This document shows, piece after piece, positions 1-9,867 of a DNA stretch of 59,986 nt. Made by a program: the position numbers and the translations under genes. Location of the stretch: IMG/VR virus record IMGVR_UViG_3300022746_000173, positions 1 through 59,986 of that record, one strand, 5' to 3'. The stretch comes from a virus (Duplodnaviria > Caudoviricetes). The notes beneath the pieces were generated by a model that made no database searches, was not told the origin of the DNA, and worked only from the letters and a program-made list of their open reading frames with translations. Within the stretch, counting starts at the first letter, position 1, and each line of letters starts with the position of its first letter.

Positions 1-972
1 GACGATACAGGATTCACTACAATGAAGCCTGTTAGTTGGGATTATAGGTTTACCAATCTATGTAATTTCAAATGTCGTACTTGTGGTGACATGTTGAGTA
101 GTAGTTGGGAGACTGAGCAAAAACAACATAACATGATAGATTGGTCCAATCCAAAGAATATTTGGATGCAACCTGAAGTCAAGAAGCAGATTGAGAGATT
201 TCAAGACCATGAGGTCGAAGCAGAGTTTAGTCAAGCAGTAGAAGAGCACCGTGTTGAAGAGGTCTACTGGGTTGGCGGCGAACCTCTTATGTATGAACAA
301 CACTGGCGCTATATGCAACGCATAATAGAACTAGGGGACGGAAAAAATGTTTATGCAAGGTATAACACTAACCTATCAAGAGTGGACTATCGCGGGGTTA
401 ATCTTTATCGCGACATCCTTAGCAAGTTACGCGACTGGCAGATATGTGCATCGCTCGACGGAACAGGCGCGATTGGAGAATACATTAGAACAGGCCTCGA
501 CTACGATAGTTGGCTTAAGAACTTCTCTGAAGGAGTATCGCATTCAACTCATCCTAGACAGATGCGAATCGATTTCACCCTTACCTTGCCAGGAATGTTT
601 GAGGTTGAATGCATTGACAGATTGTCCGCAGCCCTCTCCGTACAAGTTTTGGCGAAAGTAATTTTTAGTTTTAGTCCGGACATAGTTATGTCACCGCTTG
701 CACTACCTAGAGAGATTTTACATCCGTGGGTAGACGAGATAACCGACCAGTTAAAAGGCTCTGGCGGCGCCTTGAGGGATATCTTAGTCCAGCTAAAAAC
801 TAGACCCACGTTTGCTGAACAGTGGCCAAATGAATATCAAGCAGCAGTTGCTAAAGGCAAACAGCGTGTGTTAAAATTAGAACAAATACGTACACAATCA
901 ATTACAATGCGTGAGATACTTGCTAAACGTCCGCAAGTGTTAGAATGGTGGGACTCAATTGGGATATCGTAA
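1..972 (+). CDS. Radical SAM protein (5'-truncated; frame open to the window edge)
   Basis: CxxxCxxC motif (NLCNFKCRTC), GGEP motif, YNTN and SLDG radical-SAM core motifs. Confidence 0.9.
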   Translation, partial: DDTGFTTMKPVSWDYRFTNLCNFKCRTCGDMLSSSWETEQKQHNMIDWSNPKNIWMQPEVKKQIERFQDHEVEAEFSQAVEEHRVEEVYWVGGEPLMYEQHWRYMQRIIELGDGKNVYARYNTNLSRVDYRGVNLYRDILSKLRDWQICASLDGTGAIGEYIRTGLDYDSWLKNFSEGVSHSTHPRQMRIDFTLTLPGMFEVECIDRLSAALSVQVLAKVIFSFSPDIVMSPLALPREILHPWVDEITDQLKGSGGALRDILVQLKTRPTFAEQWPNEYQAAVAKGKQRVLKLEQIRTQSITMREILAKRPQVLEWWDSIGIS

Positions 973-1168
973 ACGCTTAGACAGACTATATCACACTCAT
1001 GCAAAAAATCCTATCGGGTTCGAGCGAGTAGCCAAATTGCTTCAGCAGGAATATCCGGGGAACTACATAGTGCATGAGGCATTTATCCCGTCTAAGATGA
1101 GTTGGGGACCACAATTGGAGTTTGAGGACGAACAAGAAGAAATTATGTTTCGGTTAAAATATGAGTAA
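959..1168 (+). CDS. Small hypothetical protein (F-x-D/E...F-x-L C-terminal family)
   Basis: ORF overlaps both neighbours; C-terminus LEFEDEQEEIMFRLKYE. Confidence 0.6.
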   Translation: MGYRKRLDRLYHTHAKNPIGFERVAKLLQQEYPGNYIVHEAFIPSKMSWGPQLEFEDEQEEIMFRLKYE

Positions 1169-2246
1169 AGTAACAGTAACATTACAAAACCCCTTAGACA
1201 AAACAGACACAATCAATTACTTTATTGATGTCAACGACTCTCCAATGGGGCAACGTTGGTTTAGTGCTCTACAGGAAATTGTACAGCGTAACCTATATCT
1301 TGAAAAGAACTTTTGCTTTTTGGGATTCCCTGATAGTCAACGCGATTTAAGATTTATTTGTCAAGAATTGTTTTGGGCAGTAAATGAGATTAACAGTTTC
1401 TTTGACGACTATCACATTGAAGAATTGTACACGCACACAACCTTGCGTGATCCAATAACATTAGACCCTAACCAGGATTTAATGAATAAGTTGCATAATC
1501 ATTTTGAGATCCTGCAAGGCACAGTCGATGGGCTTAGTGACTATTACAAAAGAGCAGACTATACTACAAAGTTTGCTATTAGGCAATTAAACAATCTTTG
1601 TCATGAGGCAGAGAGCTTGATGTTGAGTCAACGCAAAAAGGCAACGCAACCTGAATGGGTCCGGCCCAGTCAAATTACAACATTTTTAAACGCACCCCGA
1701 TATGAATTCCCAACAGATTATAGAACTACATTTGAAGAATCTAGATACGATAGGAAATTCGGGGAAGTATACCTACATTGGACGCAGATTGGCAAGACTC
1801 TTTATGAAGTATATCGAGACGAAAAAGGCGTCGACGTGGACCAGAGTGTGTGTGATGCTATTACTCATCTACGCTACTATAGCGGCGAGTTTGACATCGA
1901 ATGGGCGCAGGATGTATGCTTCAATGGCCCTCATCCATGGCACACAACTGAAATGGCAGGATTCCGAGAATGGCTGGGCAGGAACGGATTCAACGTCAAC
2001 GACCCGCAATATAACTATGGGTACCACCCTGTTGGTCAGGTTGATTTATTGGCGTCTTTTGGAACAACCAACTACGATGACGTTTGGCCAGTTCTATCGA
2101 GGTACCTCGACATACAGGGGATCACTACAGATGATGGGCAGGGGCGTATACTACGCTCCGTATATCCCTACACTTGGACCGACCGAGACTACTACATCCG
2201 ACAAATAGAAAGATTAAAGCCAGGGTATGATCATAGCAGCAGGTGA
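1161..2246 (+). CDS. Hypothetical phage protein
   Basis: 361-aa ORF coupled to its neighbours; no motif recognised. Confidence 0.75.
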   Translation: MSKVTVTLQNPLDKTDTINYFIDVNDSPMGQRWFSALQEIVQRNLYLEKNFCFLGFPDSQRDLRFICQELFWAVNEINSFFDDYHIEELYTHTTLRDPITLDPNQDLMNKLHNHFEILQGTVDGLSDYYKRADYTTKFAIRQLNNLCHEAESLMLSQRKKATQPEWVRPSQITTFLNAPRYEFPTDYRTTFEESRYDRKFGEVYLHWTQIGKTLYEVYRDEKGVDVDQSVCDAITHLRYYSGEFDIEWAQDVCFNGPHPWHTTEMAGFREWLGRNGFNVNDPQYNYGYHPVGQVDLLASFGTTNYDDVWPVLSRYLDIQGITTDDGQGRILRSVYPYTWTDRDYYIRQIERLKPGYDHSSR

Positions 2247-3000
2247 CAGTTTTGTCTACGGTAGTGAACTAGCAAGTCCTGCCAATACTTTTACAGCATT
2301 GCTGGGTGCAGATGAATGTGTTGCTTGGCCTGGCTATAGCAATGACGCCATTGCACGTACCACAATCGAACGTTGTGAGCAAGGTGGGGTGTCTGGGGCA
2401 ATTGTCAGCTGGACATTCCCTGGTCGTTACGAGTTTAGGTTTGCATACGATACACGGCAGCGCAAAAGTCCGTGGTACAGTATTAACGCATGGACTATAA
2501 AAGACGATGTTACAGATATCGAACGAGAGTTTGTCACTAAAAATAAAGCTATACTGGATACCCAGTTGGAAACCATTAGAACAGCGAAAAAGACTGGTGT
2601 TGTGGATTTCGCAAAAACGTTTTTCACGCACGTGGGTTCTACGGAATATTGGGAAGTGTATTCAAGTCTTAAGGAAATTGTTTACCTCCAAAATTATCTT
2701 AAGGTAAACAACATTCCTTACATGTTTACGTGTGCAGATAATAGCCTGTTATACAATCATACCGTCGATCAAGGTGACAGTGTGATAAACAGTTTGACTA
2801 TGCAGATTGATATGAATAAATGGTTTTGGTTTCCTGCAGGCACAAAGCCAAATGAAACTTGCGACCCAAGAGGTTTTTATCAATGGGCAAAGGAAAATAA
2901 ATACCCTATAGGAACTACACATCCTCTGGAACTAGCACACAGCGATGCTGCCAACCTAATGCAGGAGAAATTCAATGAAATGGTTAAAAAATCTATATAA
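2227..3000 (+). CDS. SGNH/GDSL hydrolase-like protein
   Basis: N-terminal GDSF, GxSN block, C-terminal HP...H. Confidence 0.75.
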   Translation: MIIAAGDSFVYGSELASPANTFTALLGADECVAWPGYSNDAIARTTIERCEQGGVSGAIVSWTFPGRYEFRFAYDTRQRKSPWYSINAWTIKDDVTDIEREFVTKNKAILDTQLETIRTAKKTGVVDFAKTFFTHVGSTEYWEVYSSLKEIVYLQNYLKVNNIPYMFTCADNSLLYNHTVDQGDSVINSLTMQIDMNKWFWFPAGTKPNETCDPRGFYQWAKENKYPIGTTHPLELAHSDAANLMQEKFNEMVKKSI

Positions 3001-3076
3001 CAGGATTCGTCTAGAAATTCGTTATCGTAAAAAGCTCAAAGAGTTACGTAAGAGAGATCCGTTTATCTACAAATGA
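2975..3076 (+). CDS. 33-aa basic micro-protein MKWLKNLYNRIRLEIRYRKKLKELRKRDPFIYK (absent from the ORF track)
   Basis: Translated by hand; fills the gap exactly and its TGA overlaps the next ATG (ATGA). Confidence 0.7.
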   Translation: MKWLKNLYNRIRLEIRYRKKLKELRKRDPFIYK

Positions 3077-3726
3077 TATACTGTATTGGTGATAGTTTTA
3101 CTTTTGGCGAAGAATTGCCGGACACAAATTCAGCTTGGCCGATACTGTTAGGCAACCTGCTTGACAGGCCTGTTGTTAATTTAGGCAAACCTGCAACCGG
3201 TAACTATCGCATGGTAAAACGTACAATGGATTCTGTACTAAGCGGAGATGCAGAGTTGGTTGTAATTGGATGGACCGACCCTGCCAGACAAGAGTTTGCA
3301 GATGATATTGGTATCACTGATCTGTGGGCCGGCCGCGAACATAGACGAATGCAAAGTTGCAATGATCATCGCATAAACTTAATCAAGTACATGACTGCGT
3401 ATGACGTCCCGGGCTACTATTACACAAAATGGTTAAGGCAAATAATTCTAGTGCAGAGTTTTTGTAAAGCAAATCAAGTTAGATGCATCATGTTTAACGC
3501 CTGTAGCTCAGAAGATTGGCACAAGTTATACCTAGACAAAAACGCACAGTTGGCTAAACACATAGATTCAACCGACTTTGTGGGATGGCCCTATAGTGGA
3601 TCCGGTATATGGACCCACGGCATGCCAAAAGGACCTAATGGGCACTTTCTAGAAGAAGGGCATGTAGCAGTGGCAAACAAAATCTTTAATCATATTCAAA
3701 ATGAAAGTACTGACACTAGGGTGTAG
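3073..3726 (+). CDS. SGNH/GDSL hydrolase-like protein
   Basis: IGDSFTFG, NLGKPATGN, GWT..R.E, C-terminal GHF...GH. Confidence 0.8.
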   Translation: MIYCIGDSFTFGEELPDTNSAWPILLGNLLDRPVVNLGKPATGNYRMVKRTMDSVLSGDAELVVIGWTDPARQEFADDIGITDLWAGREHRRMQSCNDHRINLIKYMTAYDVPGYYYTKWLRQIILVQSFCKANQVRCIMFNACSSEDWHKLYLDKNAQLAKHIDSTDFVGWPYSGSGIWTHGMPKGPNGHFLEEGHVAVANKIFNHIQNESTDTRV

Positions 3727-4345
3727 TTTTACCTATGGTGAAGAATTGTCTCGTGTTGATAATGCATGGCCCTATTTGTTGGCTAGAACGAACAATTGGA
3801 CACTAACCAACTTGGCCAAAAGTGGCGCAAGTAATGACAGGAACATACGCCTGCTATTTAACGAGTTGCCCAATCAGTACGACCTGATAATATTTGCATG
3901 GACTAATCCGGATAGGTTTGAAGTACCGTATAATGATCGCATAATAGATATCTGTGTTAATCACGATTTAGTTACGCAGTTACCGTGGGTACTAGAATAC
4001 TATGCAAATCACAGTGAGAGGTTTTACAATTACGAAAAGTGGATAAGAACGGTAGTAATGTTACAAAGTCACTTAGAAGCAATTAAGCAACCATATCTAT
4101 TTGTTAGTACATTTGGCATACAAGCCGATTTAAATCAAGATTACTACAACGAGTACATGCCTAAATTAAAATATCTAACCGATCAAGTTAATGATAAATT
4201 TTATATAGACTGGCCAAATCTTGGAATGTTAGATTGGCAAGGAAATTGTCCGTTGGGACCGGGAGGCCACCCGTTAGAAATAGGTCATCAAAGAATAGCA
4301 GAACATATTAATGAACATATTAGGAATATCAGCGGGCTTTCATGA
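3701..4345 (+). CDS. SGNH/GDSL hydrolase-like protein
   Basis: LGCSFTYG, NLAKSGASN, WT..R.E, C-terminal GHP...GH. Confidence 0.8.
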   Translation: MKVLTLGCSFTYGEELSRVDNAWPYLLARTNNWTLTNLAKSGASNDRNIRLLFNELPNQYDLIIFAWTNPDRFEVPYNDRIIDICVNHDLVTQLPWVLEYYANHSERFYNYEKWIRTVVMLQSHLEAIKQPYLFVSTFGIQADLNQDYYNEYMPKLKYLTDQVNDKFYIDWPNLGMLDWQGNCPLGPGGHPLEIGHQRIAEHINEHIRNISGLS

Positions 4346-5795
4346 CGCAGCAGCAACAGTACTGGACAGTGATGGTAACATATTGTTTGCATCGCATAGT
4401 GAACGTTACTCCAAGAAAAAGAGTGACGCTAATTTTTGCAGTCCTCTCATTCGTGAACTCGAAACTTATAACCCAATCGGGACTGTGGCATATTATGAGC
4501 GACCACTTATCAAACAACTACGGCAGCTCTATGCAGGACAAGGGTTTGATTGGAGCAAATTGTCTACAAAGAAGTTGGTTCATGATCAAATTGGTCATGC
4601 AAAGTGGTGGGACCTACAGAATTATAAATCGTACAACCATCATTTATCCCACGCAGCCGCGGGGTTCCAAACGAGTGAATTTGATAGAGCCACAGTAGTT
4701 GTCATTGATGCAGTTGGGGAGTTCGAAACAACCAGCATTTATGGAGCCGAATATGTTAATGGCCGGGCTGTATATAAGAAGTTGTGGCAACAACATTATC
4801 CTCACAGTATTGGCATGTTCTATACTGCAATGACACAGCGAGTAGGACTGAAGCCGCTTGATGAAGAATACATTTTAATGGGCATGGCTGCATACGGTGA
4901 TAAGAACTATGCAAACGTCATGAGTATGAGTTTAGTTGACCATGAGTACGATATAAAGTTTAAACAAAACTTTCATACTGGGGTTGATGCAGACTTCTTG
5001 GATATACTATCGGACTACGATGTTGCTGCTAGCACACAAGAAATAGCAGAGAGATTGATTCTCAATGTTATGACTCGTGCTAAACAATTTAAATGGAGTA
5101 ATAACTTAGTCTACTCGGGCGGATGTGCTCTTAATTGTGCAGTTAATGCAAGAATAGGAAATTATTTTGAAAACATATGGATTATGCCTAATCCCGGTGA
5201 TGCTGGTAGCAGCCTTGGCGCTGCCGCTTTGGCTCATGGGGGTAGAATTAACTGGACTAACGCTTATCTCGGGTATTGTATTCCTGGGCCTTATCCTGTT
5301 AATGACATACTTGATGAGTTGCTTACTAAGCAAATTGTGGGAGTGGCATCCGGACATGCCGAGTTTGGCCCAAGAGCGTTGGGGAACCGTAGTCTCTTGG
5401 GCGATCCAAGAGGGATACATATTAAGGAAAAAGTAAATGAAATTAAACGTAGACAACAATTCAGACCCTTTGCGCCAGTTATTTTGGAAGAACTGGCTGA
5501 TACTTACTTTGATATGCCTCGTGGTTGGAGTAATAGCAGGTATATGCAGTCAGTCGCTCGTTGTAGGGTGCCTGACCTATTTCCTGCTATCGTTCATCAC
5601 GACGGAACTAGTCGTGTTCAGACTGTGCCGAAAGATGGATCAGGTATCAGAGATTTATTGGAACGCTGGTTTGTATTAACCGATTGCCCTATGCTACTCA
5701 ACACTAGCCTAAACATCCGCGGAGAACCAATGGTAAACGATCGAGCAGATGCAGATAGATTTGAGCAGTTATACGGAGTAAAGGTCTGTTCCTAA
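4311..5795 (+). CDS. Carbamoyltransferase, NodU/CmcH family
   Basis: HDAAA, ERYSKKK, HHLSHAA, DAVGE, GGCALNC, PGDAGSSLGAA, EFGPRALGNRS, FRPFAP, LLNTSLN. Confidence 0.95.
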   Translation: MNILGISAGFHDAAATVLDSDGNILFASHSERYSKKKSDANFCSPLIRELETYNPIGTVAYYERPLIKQLRQLYAGQGFDWSKLSTKKLVHDQIGHAKWWDLQNYKSYNHHLSHAAAGFQTSEFDRATVVVIDAVGEFETTSIYGAEYVNGRAVYKKLWQQHYPHSIGMFYTAMTQRVGLKPLDEEYILMGMAAYGDKNYANVMSMSLVDHEYDIKFKQNFHTGVDADFLDILSDYDVAASTQEIAERLILNVMTRAKQFKWSNNLVYSGGCALNCAVNARIGNYFENIWIMPNPGDAGSSLGAAALAHGGRINWTNAYLGYCIPGPYPVNDILDELLTKQIVGVASGHAEFGPRALGNRSLLGDPRGIHIKEKVNEIKRRQQFRPFAPVILEELADTYFDMPRGWSNSRYMQSVARCRVPDLFPAIVHHDGTSRVQTVPKDGSGIRDLLERWFVLTDCPMLLNTSLNIRGEPMVNDRADADRFEQLYGVKVCS

Positions 5796-6229
5796 TGCAA
5801 CGCATTCTCATAATGGGACTACCGGGCGCCGGAAAGACTACACTGGCAAACACATTGCGAGACAAGTTAATAGTCGCGGACAAAAAAGTTGTGCACTTAA
5901 ATGCAGATGAAGTACGCAGGGAGTACGACGATTGGGATTTTAGTCTAGAAGGAAGAATTAGACAAAGCAAGCGTATGCATTCTTTGTCAACAATATTGGA
6001 ATGCGATTACTGTATTGCTGACTTTGTTGCACCATTGCCTGAAATGCGTACAAACTTTGAGCCACACTGGATAATATTTGTTGACACAATTGATTCTAGT
6101 AGATACGATGATACTAACAAGATGTTTGTTGCACCCGAGTGGGCGGATATTCGTGTAACCACGCAAGATGCCGATTATTGGAGCAACATGATCATTAAAA
6201 CTATTTTATACACAGGCAATGGAGACTAA
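5795..6229 (+). CDS. cysC: Adenylyl-sulfate (APS) kinase-like P-loop kinase
   Basis: GLPGAGKTTLA, LNADEVR, DFSLEGRIRQ, FVAP; shorter than cellular CysC. Confidence 0.7.
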   Translation: MQRILIMGLPGAGKTTLANTLRDKLIVADKKVVHLNADEVRREYDDWDFSLEGRIRQSKRMHSLSTILECDYCIADFVAPLPEMRTNFEPHWIIFVDTIDSSRYDDTNKMFVAPEWADIRVTTQDADYWSNMIIKTILYTGNGD

Positions 6230-6422
6230 TAAACGTAGTCTAGCAAAAACCGTTAGCTGGAGAATCACCGGAAGTGGTGCTACGTTTGCTATTTCTTATT
6301 TGATCATCGGAGACTTAAATGTATCGGGCACCATTGCTGCTATACAGTTAACTTTTAATACTCTGCTTTATTTTATCCACGAACGTATTTGGAATCGTGT
6401 TCGTTGGGGGCAAGAGGAATAA
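6219..6422 (+). CDS. DUF2061-type small membrane protein
   Basis: RSLAKTVSWR...YFIHERIW..V.WG pattern. Confidence 0.8.
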   Translation: METNKRSLAKTVSWRITGSGATFAISYLIIGDLNVSGTIAAIQLTFNTLLYFIHERIWNRVRWGQEE

Positions 6423-7611
6423 ACTGCCGATATTGGTTAATAGTAAATGGAATGTCGATATCTCTACGGTAGTACTTGGATATATCAGTTAAAGATTGTT
6501 TTAACGTGTTCCATTCCTTGGCAATAAACGCAGGGCTATTAAACAATTGATAATTGTGTTCTAGTATTGTCTGCATATCTAATAACATCTCTTGTTGCTG
6601 CTGATTACTCATACTGCTGATGTTGTTGAGTATTTTAACAACAGCGTCCATTCGTTCAATTGGATCCTGAATAGAGTCGTAACTCTCGTCCCAATAATCG
6701 CCGAATGTTTTAAATCCGTAATTACGCAAGTACTTGAGATTGTCTGCACAACCAACTAATACAAATGGCATCTTGAGTACGATAGGTTTAAATATCTTTT
6801 CTGTCAGGTGCGTCTTTGTTTGCCAGTAACAAGTTTCAGTTACAACAAACACAAAACTTTCCATAAGCTGAGGCAATGGACTCAGCGCCATACTTTGATT
6901 TGGTATATGTTTTTGATCTGCAAAGTCTATACGCAAGGGATTGGGTTGCTGTGCCAATGTAATGTTATGAATAGTGTCGGCGCACAACTCACTTGATATT
7001 AACCTGTCGTCTCTTGCTTTGGTTAAGTTTTCGGCAGATGGTAAATGATTGTCCGGGCACACATCGCTATAACTAACATGCCCGTGTTCTAGTATTCCTT
7101 GTTTAAACAGTTTACTAACAAATATACTGCGGTATACACGCTCATTACTGGTCAGTCTATTAAATGTAATGTAGCTTTTGTTTAGAGTTCTTTGTGCAGG
7201 TTCTACTAGGTGTGGTAAGTATTGATGGCCCCTATACCAATCTGCTGCTGCAAATATATGAAAGAAATAATCGATGCTGGCAAATTTGTAATGGTCGCAT
7301 ATACGATCCTTTTCGACACTGTCCTTTTCGGTATTAACTAACACATAAGGGCCTTGTGTAGTGGACACAATGTAATCAAACAAATTTTTATTGTAATTAA
7401 AGTTTAATGGTTCTTGATCGTAGAAAATAAACACAGGGCCACGAGACTCAGGTGGGTTACGCATATCCGGCGGATCAGAATCGTCTCTTAAGGTCTCTAT
7501 ATTTTCTGGTTGTGTTGATCCAAATGGGTGTAGATATATTACGGTGGGATCTGTTATAATAGTTTGTAGGTGTTGGTAGATATTTTCGTAGTGATTGGCA
7601 ATATTATACAT
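6373..7611 (-). CDS. Hypothetical glycosyltransferase-like protein
   Basis: VVTET...HLTEKIFKPI...PFVLVG...GFKTF..YWDESYD resembles the C-terminal region of GT-B/GT10-like enzymes. Confidence 0.6.
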   Translation of the reverse strand: MYNIANHYENIYQHLQTIITDPTVIYLHPFGSTQPENIETLRDDSDPPDMRNPPESRGPVFIFYDQEPLNFNYNKNLFDYIVSTTQGPYVLVNTEKDSVEKDRICDHYKFASIDYFFHIFAAADWYRGHQYLPHLVEPAQRTLNKSYITFNRLTSNERVYRSIFVSKLFKQGILEHGHVSYSDVCPDNHLPSAENLTKARDDRLISSELCADTIHNITLAQQPNPLRIDFADQKHIPNQSMALSPLPQLMESFVFVVTETCYWQTKTHLTEKIFKPIVLKMPFVLVGCADNLKYLRNYGFKTFGDYWDESYDSIQDPIERMDAVVKILNNISSMSNQQQQEMLLDMQTILEHNYQLFNSPAFIAKEWNTLKQSLTDISKYYRRDIDIPFTINQYRQFIPLAPNEHDSKYVRG

Positions 7612-9859
7612 GTTTGATGTTTTTTACTTTGGCCCAAAGCCAAATCTTTTTGTATTTGAAAAATATGCAAAGGACTTAGACGCTGCTGCGGCTATGTGTA
7701 CCACTGGGTACTATTGGTATATTTATGGTGGTAATGATTATACCAATTTCGATTTTTCATGGCGCCCTGTTCCTTGGGAAAAAGACCATGTGCATGTGTG
7801 GCCAAGCCAACACCAACAATGCGGCGATGTTTTCCTAGCACACGTTGACAGCGTAGCAAACAGACAGTGGCACTTTAGACAAGAGCAATCAGTTACACGA
7901 ACGCCCGATCAAACTAATTGGACTATCCCCGAAGAAGTCAATGCCGCTACAATAGACTTTAGCTGGCATCCTAATTCAATTGAACCGCCATTTTCCTATC
8001 ACTTTGGTAGTGAGTACCAACAAAGCATAGGCTTAATCTATACTGTGCCTGGTGCAACAGAAATTAAGTTTGCTGGACCCATGCCTTCGCAAGGGTATCA
8101 TAAAATAACTGCGATGCAAGTGCTGGATATTTTCTTTATTGACAAAGGTAATCCTACAGCACAGGTACGCTATGATAGACTCAATGAAATGCACAATGTT
8201 ACTAAGGTTCGTTATGCAAACAGCATGATAGACACAATCAAGCGTTGTGTTAACAGAGCCAAGACCAACAAATTCTGGATAATCAGCAGCGAGTACGACT
8301 ACACCGGGTTTGACTTTCGATGGCACGCCGAGCCATGGCAACAGTACATGACTCACATATTCCCGAGTCAACACAACAAGTGGAGTGACACGTTCCTAAT
8401 TAACAAATGGGAATTTAGTCGTCATGCCGAGTGGGCCAAGGGCCTTGAAGAGTTTCCTAACTTAAACTTTGTGTCCGATCAAAGTGTAGTCAAGCCCGAA
8501 TCCAATTGCGACATGTACTTTGTGGATCACGGTAACGCTGATAGCGACCTGGACTATGCTGCACTGCTAGCAAGGTATCCGGATATGGTCAAGACACGCT
8601 TTGCAAACACATACCTAGATACCTTCAAGCGTATCATGCAAAATGCAGACACCGAGTACGTGTGGATTCTCAACAGCGTGTGTGACTACTGGCTATTTGA
8701 CTTTTCGTGGGAGCCCGAGCCTTGGCAGCGTGAAATGATTCATTGCTTTACCAACGAAACTGATTCTGTATTAACACGTGATAAGCGCGGAGACACATTT
8801 TACATACACGTTGAATCATTTAAAAAGCAAATGGTTGAACTGGAGTTGTTGGATTGGTTCAATGTGATTAACTATGTTGACGGACACTTTGTTAGACGGT
8901 ATCCAGTGCCAGCGGTGCATTATGATGGCGACAACTTAATTGAAGCAATTAAGAATCATACCTTTACTAGTCCCTATGCATTGTTTACCAAGGAAACGCA
9001 ATGCAAAGGCATGAATGGAAACACTACATGCCTATGGACCGAAAAGGATCGTATTGCTATTGACGTCAACGCAGACAAGAGCACCAGTTTGATTCCACGC
9101 GACATCAAGAAGTATATCGAAACTCAAGTGTATGATTACCCGCACCTTGTAGAACATCCGCGCTTGCGTAATATGCGGGCAGTAAAAGACCTAGACATTG
9201 TGTTCATCAGCAATGGCGAACCAGATGAACTGAAATGGTTTGAGCACACAGAGTACATGAGCAATCGTGATGTAAAATGGATTTGCGGCGTCAATGGGCG
9301 TGTAGCTGCATATCAAGCAGCGGCCAATGCCAGTACAACGGATTGGTTTCTAGCAGTGTTTGCCAAGCTAGAAGTATTCGGTACAAGGGATATCTGGGAG
9401 TTCCGCCCAGACTATTGGCAAGGCCCTAAGCATTACATCTTTAATGCACAGAATCCCGTCAATGGACTAGTCTACGGACACCAAGGAATGATTGCCTACA
9501 ATAAGAGCCTCGTTTTAGCAAATAACGACCCTGGAATTGACTTTACACTGTCACAACCGCACGAATCGGTGCCTATTCTTAGCGGGGTAGCACACTATAA
9601 CCAAGATGCCTGGACTACGTGGCGCACAGCCTTTAGAGAGGTATTAAAACTGCGATTGTTTATGGATACGCAGCCCACAATAGAAACTGAGCATAGATTA
9701 AAAGTCTGGTCTACTGTAGGCGAAGGGCAGTATGCAGGTTACAGTATTATGGGCGCCAATGACGCGATTGAATACTACGAAGAAGTCGACGGTGATCCGG
9801 CAAAGCTACAGTTGAGCTTTGAATGGGCGTGGTTACGTGCAAGATTTGATTTAAAATAA
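7610..9859 (+). CDS. Large glycosyltransferase-like protein with internal repeats
   Basis: Repeated W....DY..FDF.W...PW.....H units; C-terminal DIVFISNGEP...AWTTWRTAFRE GT-A-like domain; ATG at 7610. Confidence 0.6.
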   Translation: MFDVFYFGPKPNLFVFEKYAKDLDAAAAMCTTGYYWYIYGGNDYTNFDFSWRPVPWEKDHVHVWPSQHQQCGDVFLAHVDSVANRQWHFRQEQSVTRTPDQTNWTIPEEVNAATIDFSWHPNSIEPPFSYHFGSEYQQSIGLIYTVPGATEIKFAGPMPSQGYHKITAMQVLDIFFIDKGNPTAQVRYDRLNEMHNVTKVRYANSMIDTIKRCVNRAKTNKFWIISSEYDYTGFDFRWHAEPWQQYMTHIFPSQHNKWSDTFLINKWEFSRHAEWAKGLEEFPNLNFVSDQSVVKPESNCDMYFVDHGNADSDLDYAALLARYPDMVKTRFANTYLDTFKRIMQNADTEYVWILNSVCDYWLFDFSWEPEPWQREMIHCFTNETDSVLTRDKRGDTFYIHVESFKKQMVELELLDWFNVINYVDGHFVRRYPVPAVHYDGDNLIEAIKNHTFTSPYALFTKETQCKGMNGNTTCLWTEKDRIAIDVNADKSTSLIPRDIKKYIETQVYDYPHLVEHPRLRNMRAVKDLDIVFISNGEPDELKWFEHTEYMSNRDVKWICGVNGRVAAYQAAANASTTDWFLAVFAKLEVFGTRDIWEFRPDYWQGPKHYIFNAQNPVNGLVYGHQGMIAYNKSLVLANNDPGIDFTLSQPHESVPILSGVAHYNQDAWTTWRTAFREVLKLRLFMDTQPTIETEHRLKVWSTVGEGQYAGYSIMGANDAIEYYEEVDGDPAKLQLSFEWAWLRARFDLK

Positions 9860-9867
9860 AATAGACT

